The notes under the pieces are model-generated. The model saw only the letters and a list, made by a program, of their open reading frames with translations. It searched no databases and was not told the DNA's origin. Shown here one piece after another: positions 26,526 to 32,233 of a DNA stretch of 32,233 nt; position 1 is the stretch's first letter; each line of letters begins with the position of its first letter. A program made the position numbers and the translations under genes. Source of the stretch: a candidate division WOR-3 bacterium (GTDB lineage Bacteria > SDB-A); contig JAFGSQ010000022.1 of NCBI GenBank assembly GCA_016934535.1, forward strand, positions 1 through 32,233. The letters run 5' to 3'.

Positions 26526-27569
26526 TCAATTTGCTTTACCAAGTCTTTCCGCCATTAAAGGCAGAACTTCGATAAAGCGCTCTATGTCTTCGTTTGAGAT
26601 CTCTCTGTGAGTGACTAATCTGACAAACCGGTTTTCAGGGGGATAAGTCAATATATTATTTTCTTTTAGAATTTCAATAAATTTACCGGCAGTATTTTCT
26701 GTAGAGAATTTAATAAAAACCATGTTTATCTTGACCTTATCAACATTGACGTTGAAAATGTTGTACCACGAAAAAGCTTCCGCGAGCTTTTTGGCTTTTT
26801 CGTGATCCTCGGAAAGTCTCTCAGTCATCTCTTTCAGGGCGACGATGCCGGGTGCGGCTATTATTCCGGCCTGCCTCATACCGCCGCCCATTATTTTTCT
26901 GTTTTTCCTGGCTTTTTCAATGAATCGTGACGTTCCAGCCAATATGGATCCGACAGGACAGCAAAGCCCTTTTGAAAGACAGAACATGACGCTGTCACAG
27001 TTCTTTGCTATTTCTGAAGGTTCGACTCCTAGAAAGACAGCGGCGTTGAAAATCCTCGCCCCGTCGAGATGTATTGGAACGTCCCATTTTTTTGACAAGT
27101 CACTTATCCTTTTCATCTCTTTCACTGTCTGTACGTCTCCGTTGGACAAGGCGTTTTCAAGGCATATAAGGCCCGTTTTCGGAAAGTGAATGTCTTTGTC
27201 TTTTCTTATCCGGGGTTCAATTTCATCCGCCGTCAGTATTCCGGAAACCGGTTGGACCGTCCTGAGCTGAACCGCGCCGATTACGGAACTCGCTCCGGCT
27301 TCGTGAACGACTATGTGACAGTCCTCTGAAACAATGACTTCATCGCCTCTCGAGCAATGAGAAACAATGGCGAGCTGATTGCCGAACGTCCCTGACGGCA
27401 CGAGGAGGGCGGCATCTTTGCCGAGTATTTCCGCTGAGAGCTTTTCGAGCTCGTTTACAGTCGGGTCTTCCCCCAAAACATCGTCGCCTACTTCAGCTTC
27501 AAATATAGCCTTTCTCATCTTTTCGGTCGGTTTCGTCACCGTGTCCGAACGAAGATCTATGATTTTCAA
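26526..27569 (-). CDS. ltaE: Low-specificity L-threonine aldolase
   Basis: IDLRSDTVTKP, VGDDV.GEDPTV, PSGT.GNQ, HLDGAR.FNA, CLSKGL (PLP Lys), GGGMRQAG. Confidence 0.94.
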   Translation of the reverse strand: MKIIDLRSDTVTKPTEKMRKAIFEAEVGDDVLGEDPTVNELEKLSAEILGKDAALLVPSGTFGNQLAIVSHCSRGDEVIVSEDCHIVVHEAGASSVIGAVQLRTVQPVSGILTADEIEPRIRKDKDIHFPKTGLICLENALSNGDVQTVKEMKRISDLSKKWDVPIHLDGARIFNAAVFLGVEPSEIAKNCDSVMFCLSKGLCCPVGSILAGTSRFIEKARKNRKIMGGGMRQAGIIAAPGIVALKEMTERLSEDHEKAKKLAEAFSWYNIFNVNVDKVKINMVFIKFSTENTAGKFIEILKENNILTYPPENRFVRLVTHREISNEDIERFIEVLPLMAERLGKAN

Positions 27570-27658
27570 ATCAAACCCCTTTTATTGTTCATTATTCATC
27601 TATAAAGACACAATCCTTTTAAATTGATATTATAAAGTAATAACGCATCAGAAAAAAA

Positions 27659-30600
27659 ATGAAAAAATTCATTCCAGACTTTATATCGGAAAAATATTTC
27701 AAGGGAGAATACGAGGGCACATTTACGGGATGCGTCATGTTTCTCGACTTGACAGGATTTACTTCCATAACAGACAAACTGATGAAAGAAGACAAAGAGG
27801 GCATAGAAGTTCTCGGTAATTTCATCAGCCGGACGTTTGAGAGAATAATTACAAGCATACACGGGAAAAAAGGATTTGTTTCATCATTCGAAGGAGACGC
27901 TTTAACGGCAATTTTTCCCGGAGAAGAAAGTCACACGAACGCTTTATTGTCTTCCGATGAAATCACCGGCTACTTTTCCGACAAATCCGTTTTCAGAACC
28001 AGATTCGGAAATTTTTATATGTCCATAAAAACAGGTATATCTTTCGGCGAAATAGAATTTTCAATAATCGGAAACGATTTGAGAAAAATATATTATTTTT
28101 CAGGTGAAACTGTCAAAAATTGCATCGAATGCGAAAATAACTGCGACATGATGGAAACTGTAATCGACGCCCGCATGAACGTCAAATCTTTCCGTTCGGC
28201 AAAGACGCGGCCTCTTTCCAACAACATGTTCGTTTTGGAAAAACTTCTCATCGCTCAAAAAACAGAATATGTACTGACAGAACAATCAGCGGACGCCTCC
28301 GAAAAATTCATTCATCCAGGCATTTCAAAAATAACTCGTCAGGGTGAATTCCGTTTAATATCGCCAGTTTTCATTTCAATCAAGCAAACTGAAGCAAATT
28401 CCGTTGAATCGGTCGTCCTTTCAATACTGAATCTTTCAAGTGAATTCAGAGGACATGTCAATAAAATAACTTACACGGACAAAGGTTTTGTCTCTTTAGT
28501 GCTTTTCGGAGCTCCGGTTTCATTCGACAATAACATTGAGAGAGCTTGCGGGTTTTCACTTAAGCTTAAGGATATTCACGGTGACAATATAAAAATTGGA
28601 ATGACTCACGGAACAGTTTACGCAGGATTTGTTGGAGGGATTTCAAGATGCGAATACACCGCGCTGGGAAGTGTTGTAAATCTTGCCTCGAGGCTGATGA
28701 CCAGATCTGAATACGGCGAAATTTTGATTACAGACGATGTCGGCAACAAAGTTAAGGACAAATTCATCACCGGCGAGTTTTTACTCGAAAAACTCAAAGG
28801 ATTTAATAAAGAGCAACGCATCGGAAAGCTGATGTCTAAAAAAAATAAACTGACCGATTTCGAAACCGAATTCGTGGGCAGGGAAAATGAATTGTCCTTT
28901 TTGACAGGGCAATTGAAAAAAACATGCTCGGGATTCTTTCCCGGCTTGCATTACATATACGGCGAAGCGGGAATGGGAAAATCCCAGCTCATAAAAGAGT
29001 TCACAAAAAGATCGTCAAAAAATGCCCGCACATTCATTTTCACTACCGATCCGGTTGTGAAAAAAAGCATGAACCCTGTTAAACTTAGCCTCAATAAATG
29101 TTTTGACATTTCAGAACAAGCGAGTCTTTCTGAAAACAAGACCGCTTTCGAGAATAAATTTTCCGAATTATTCAAAAATTTTGTTTCGAAAACCGATGCT
29201 GATCCGCCAAGTGATGAAATTCTGAGGATAAAGGTTTTTGTGGGGTATTTTCTAGGCTTTTTTTCAAACCATCCTATGATTTCAGACATCGAAAACAGCA
29301 AACTGCCTGAACTCATAAACCTGTCGCTGAGAGATTTTTTCCGTTTTCTGTCGTCTATCAAACCCATAATAATTGTCTTCGACGATTTCAATGATTACGA
29401 CTCGGACTCCTTGGCTTTTATCAAGACTCTTTTTATCAACATCGAGCATTATCCGATCATGATAATATTTTCGAGTCGTTTAAACGACGACCTGTCAAAG
29501 CCGAAGATACAAACCGATCCCGAAATTGAATTTATCGACATTCTTCTTTCCGAGTTATTGCCTGAACAAAATGCAATCATGATTGAAAACTTCCTCTGTC
29601 ACAAATGCGATAAGGATTTGCTGTATTTTATACACGAGAGAGCCGGGGGTAATCCTTTCTATACTGAACAATATTGCTTTTTCCTGCTTGAAAACGGACA
29701 CTTAAGACTTTCAGAAAATATTTTCCGGCTCGACAGAAACACTGAAGAAATACCAGTCAGGATAAATGACATTATAGTATCGAGAATTGATAGACTCACC
29801 GGGGAAATCAAAGAGACGATTGTCATTTCAAGCGTTCTCGGCATGGAATTCGAAGTCGATGTTTTGAAAGAACTGATAAAAATCTACAGAACACATTCAG
29901 AGAAAGCGAGCAAGCAATTCGACGACATAGATGGCGTAATAAAAACTACGACAGGATTCAGAATATGGAAAAAAATCACCGAGTTAAAATACATATTCAG
30001 CCATTCTCTTTTGAGAAACACTGTTTATCAGATGCAATTAAAAGAACACTTGAGATCACTTCACAAATTGGTCGGAGAAGTTCTTTTGAACAAGTTCAAA
30101 GACGATCCCGCACATTACCCGGAAATAGCATATCATTTCGAAAACGCTGAGCTTATGGAACTCGCCTGCGAATATTACAAAAAATCCGCGGTAGAATCAC
30201 TCGAAAAGTATTACGTTGAGAAAGCATGGGAATATTTGAAAAAATCCCTAAAAATATCAGTCAAGCTGTATGGCAGCTGCCATCCGGAGACATCAAAAAT
30301 ACTGAAAATCACGGGTCGGTACTTGTTTGAAAAGGGAGATTACCGTTCTTCAGTTTCCGTTTTGGAAAAATCACTCGAAATTCTTGAAAAATTCAACATT
30401 GAAGACGTGTCTCTGAAAATCAAATATTTCATCGACATCGGTATAAATTACCGTTACATGGGTGAATACGACAAAGCCCTAAAATTCTATGAATCCTGCA
30501 TATCCCTGCTTCCAGAAAACTCAGATCTTCCCGAAGAGATACTGACGAATCTCGCAGTAATTTACAAGGAAAAAAATGAGTACCAAAAATCGTTGGATTA

Positions 30601-31573
30601 CTCCAACAAAGCTTTAAAAATTCAAAAAAACAATTACGGAGAATTGGATGAAAGAGTTGCCGACACATACAATAACATAGGTGTGGTTTTAACGGAAATA
30701 AACCGTCTCGATGAAGCTCTTGAATACCACAATAAGTCGATAGAGATTATGGAGAAGATTGGCAAATCACGGTCTCCAAAAAACGCTTATTTCACTGCGA
30801 ATATTTCCGTGTGCTGTTATTATAACAACGATCTTCAAAAATCAATCAAATACATAGACAAAGCCATAGACGTTTTAAAAGACATTTACGGAGAAAAACA
30901 CCCCGACATAGCCTTTTTATACGGCAACAAAGGAGCCATCTACAACGATGTTCCCGATTATGAAGGTGCGATATATTTTTTCGGCAGAGCTCTCGAAATT
31001 TACCAGGACACTCTTGGCCTCGAAACTGTATTTGCCTGCAATATTTTCAACAACATCGGTTATTCATATTTGGAAAACGACAATCTTGAAGAGGCACTGA
31101 AATATACTGAAAAGGCATTGTCAGGCAGAATGAAACACTTCGGAAAGCATCACGCCGAGACAGCAACTTCTTTAAATCAACTCGGCAACATTCAAAGAGA
31201 ACTCGGGAATTTAGAAGAGTCTTTAAAACATCTCGGCGCTTCTTTATTCGGATTTACAAAAATATTCGGAGTAAACAATAAGTATTCAATAATCGTACTG
31301 ATCAACATGGCCAAAACTCTCATGAAAACAGGGAATTTGACTAAAGCGCGCGTTATCATAGAACGAGCCGATCAAATAAACAAACTACTGGACATTCCTG
31401 ACGATCAAAGCACGGCGAGGATAGAAGAATTATTCGGCGATCTTTATTCTTCCATGGGTGACATTGAACGAAGCAAAGCACATTATTATGAAGCTGAAAA
31501 CATATACAAAAAGATCGGTTTACCCAAATATCTTTCATCGTTAAAAGAAAAACTCAAAAATGTTTCAGATTGA
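27659..31573 (+). CDS. Tandem class III nucleotidyl cyclase + STAND/AAA ATPase + TPR protein (soluble adenylyl cyclase-like architecture)
   Basis: C1: FLDLTGFT, FEGDA. C2: NKITYTDKG, LFGAP, EYTALGSVVNLASRLM. Then FVGRENEL, Walker A GEAGMGKS, Walker B IIVFDD, GGNPFY, RIDRL, Y.FSH.L.R, and many TPRs (YGExHPxxA..YNNIG). Confidence 0.92.
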   Translation: MKKFIPDFISEKYFKGEYEGTFTGCVMFLDLTGFTSITDKLMKEDKEGIEVLGNFISRTFERIITSIHGKKGFVSSFEGDALTAIFPGEESHTNALLSSDEITGYFSDKSVFRTRFGNFYMSIKTGISFGEIEFSIIGNDLRKIYYFSGETVKNCIECENNCDMMETVIDARMNVKSFRSAKTRPLSNNMFVLEKLLIAQKTEYVLTEQSADASEKFIHPGISKITRQGEFRLISPVFISIKQTEANSVESVVLSILNLSSEFRGHVNKITYTDKGFVSLVLFGAPVSFDNNIERACGFSLKLKDIHGDNIKIGMTHGTVYAGFVGGISRCEYTALGSVVNLASRLMTRSEYGEILITDDVGNKVKDKFITGEFLLEKLKGFNKEQRIGKLMSKKNKLTDFETEFVGRENELSFLTGQLKKTCSGFFPGLHYIYGEAGMGKSQLIKEFTKRSSKNARTFIFTTDPVVKKSMNPVKLSLNKCFDISEQASLSENKTAFENKFSELFKNFVSKTDADPPSDEILRIKVFVGYFLGFFSNHPMISDIENSKLPELINLSLRDFFRFLSSIKPIIIVFDDFNDYDSDSLAFIKTLFINIEHYPIMIIFSSRLNDDLSKPKIQTDPEIEFIDILLSELLPEQNAIMIENFLCHKCDKDLLYFIHERAGGNPFYTEQYCFFLLENGHLRLSENIFRLDRNTEEIPVRINDIIVSRIDRLTGEIKETIVISSVLGMEFEVDVLKELIKIYRTHSEKASKQFDDIDGVIKTTTGFRIWKKITELKYIFSHSLLRNTVYQMQLKEHLRSLHKLVGEVLLNKFKDDPAHYPEIAYHFENAELMELACEYYKKSAVESLEKYYVEKAWEYLKKSLKISVKLYGSCHPETSKILKITGRYLFEKGDYRSSVSVLEKSLEILEKFNIEDVSLKIKYFIDIGINYRYMGEYDKALKFYESCISLLPENSDLPEEILTNLAVIYKEKNEYQKSLDYSNKALKIQKNNYGELDERVADTYNNIGVVLTEINRLDEALEYHNKSIEIMEKIGKSRSPKNAYFTANISVCCYYNNDLQKSIKYIDKAIDVLKDIYGEKHPDIAFLYGNKGAIYNDVPDYEGAIYFFGRALEIYQDTLGLETVFACNIFNNIGYSYLENDNLEEALKYTEKALSGRMKHFGKHHAETATSLNQLGNIQRELGNLEESLKHLGASLFGFTKIFGVNNKYSIIVLINMAKTLMKTGNLTKARVIIERADQINKLLDIPDDQSTARIEELFGDLYSSMGDIERSKAHYYEAENIYKKIGLPKYLSSLKEKLKNVSD

Positions 31574-31576
31574 AAA

Positions 31577-32233
31577 TCATGCGCTGAAGTTTGAAAAAGA
31601 CTCGTATAAACTCTTGTAGAGCTCGCATTTCTCGAACAGTTCTTCATGCTTAGCCGTCATAAGTATTTCGCCTTTGTTTAAAACTATTATTTTGTCCATG
31701 TCTTTTATAGTGCTCAAACGGTGGGCAATAACTATTGACGTTCTTTCCTTCATCAGTTCAGACATCGCAAGTCTGATAAAGTTTTCGGACTCCGCATCCA
31801 GCTGGGAAGTCGCTTCGTCGAGGATCAGAATCTTCGCGTTTTTCAAGATTGCCCTTGCGATGGAAATTCTCTGCTTTTCGCCTCCGGACAGAGTTGAACC
31901 TCTCTCGCCTATTATGGTGTCGTATTCTTTCTCCAGTTTTGTAATGAAAGCATCCGCGTTCGCTTTTTCCGCGGCTTCGACGACCTTATCGTCTGTAGCA
32001 GACGGAGAGCCGAACCTTATGTTTTCCATGACGGTGTCCCGGAATAAAAAAATGTCCTGGGACACAAGAGCTATGCTGTTTCTCAGCGATTTCAGTTTTA
32101 TATTTTTTATGTCATGACCGTCCAAAGAAATTTTACCGTCATCGGGATCGTAGAACCTCATTATCAGATTTGCTATTGTCGTCTTGCCCGCTCCGCTCGG
32201 ACCTACTATTGCCGCTCTTTCGCCTTTTTCAAC
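31577..32233 (-). CDS. ABC exporter ATP-binding domain (MsbA-like), 5'-truncated by the window edge
   Basis: The frame is open to the window end: GPSGAGKTT (Walker A), VSQD, LSGGEKQR, ILILDEATSQLD, IAHRLST. Confidence 0.93.
   Translation of the reverse strand, partial: VEKGERAAIVGPSGAGKTTIANLIMRFYDPDDGKISLDGHDIKNIKLKSLRNSIALVSQDIFLFRDTVMENIRFGSPSATDDKVVEAAEKANADAFITKLEKEYDTIIGERGSTLSGGEKQRISIARAILKNAKILILDEATSQLDAESENFIRLAMSELMKERTSIVIAHRLSTIKDMDKIIVLNKGEILMTAKHEELFEKCELYKSLYESFSNFSA

Noticed and set aside
763-32117. Numerous 60-150 aa antisense or alternate-frame ORFs in the track
   Set aside because: They lie within well-supported genes and have no recognisable motifs; they are shadow ORFs.
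1-32233. CRISPR array, IS element, prophage, selenocysteine read-through
   Set aside because: No spaced direct repeats, transposase or phage genes, or interrupted redox genes with in-frame TGA were seen.

Overview
Gene-dense bacterial chromosomal window from a diderm organism. PorV/PorQ-family, FlgD-Ig and 'TWGxIK'-tailed exported proteins suggest an FCB-related candidate phylum such as WOR-3 (inference). It begins with the 5' half of tRNA-Lys(CTT) on the minus strand. A ~16.5 kb co-directional run follows: two transglutaminase-like proteins (one inactive, one with the catalytic triad), an NHL/FlgD-Ig protein, an outer-membrane barrel, argS, an EamA protein, an orphan GlmL/MutL-like ASKHA protein with a hybrid-motif/KOW partner, recO, purC, an inositol monophosphatase and glgP. 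Next come a lamin-tail-domain/PorV-like gene pair, trxB, a helical orphan, a NodS-like methyltransferase/Zn-ribbon-NHL/CapA cluster, queD-folE2, a Tudor-like lipoprotein, a nitroreductase, ltaE, a soluble-adenylyl-cyclase-like STAND-TPR protein and a partial ABC exporter. I saw no CRISPR array or mobile element. The best leads are a possible T9SS-like export/sorting system using a short STWGRIKAMF tail next to PorV, the mutase-less GlmL module, the active/inactive transglutaminase envelope cluster, and repeated evidence of leaderless mRNAs. All family calls come from motif recognition by eye, not database searches.
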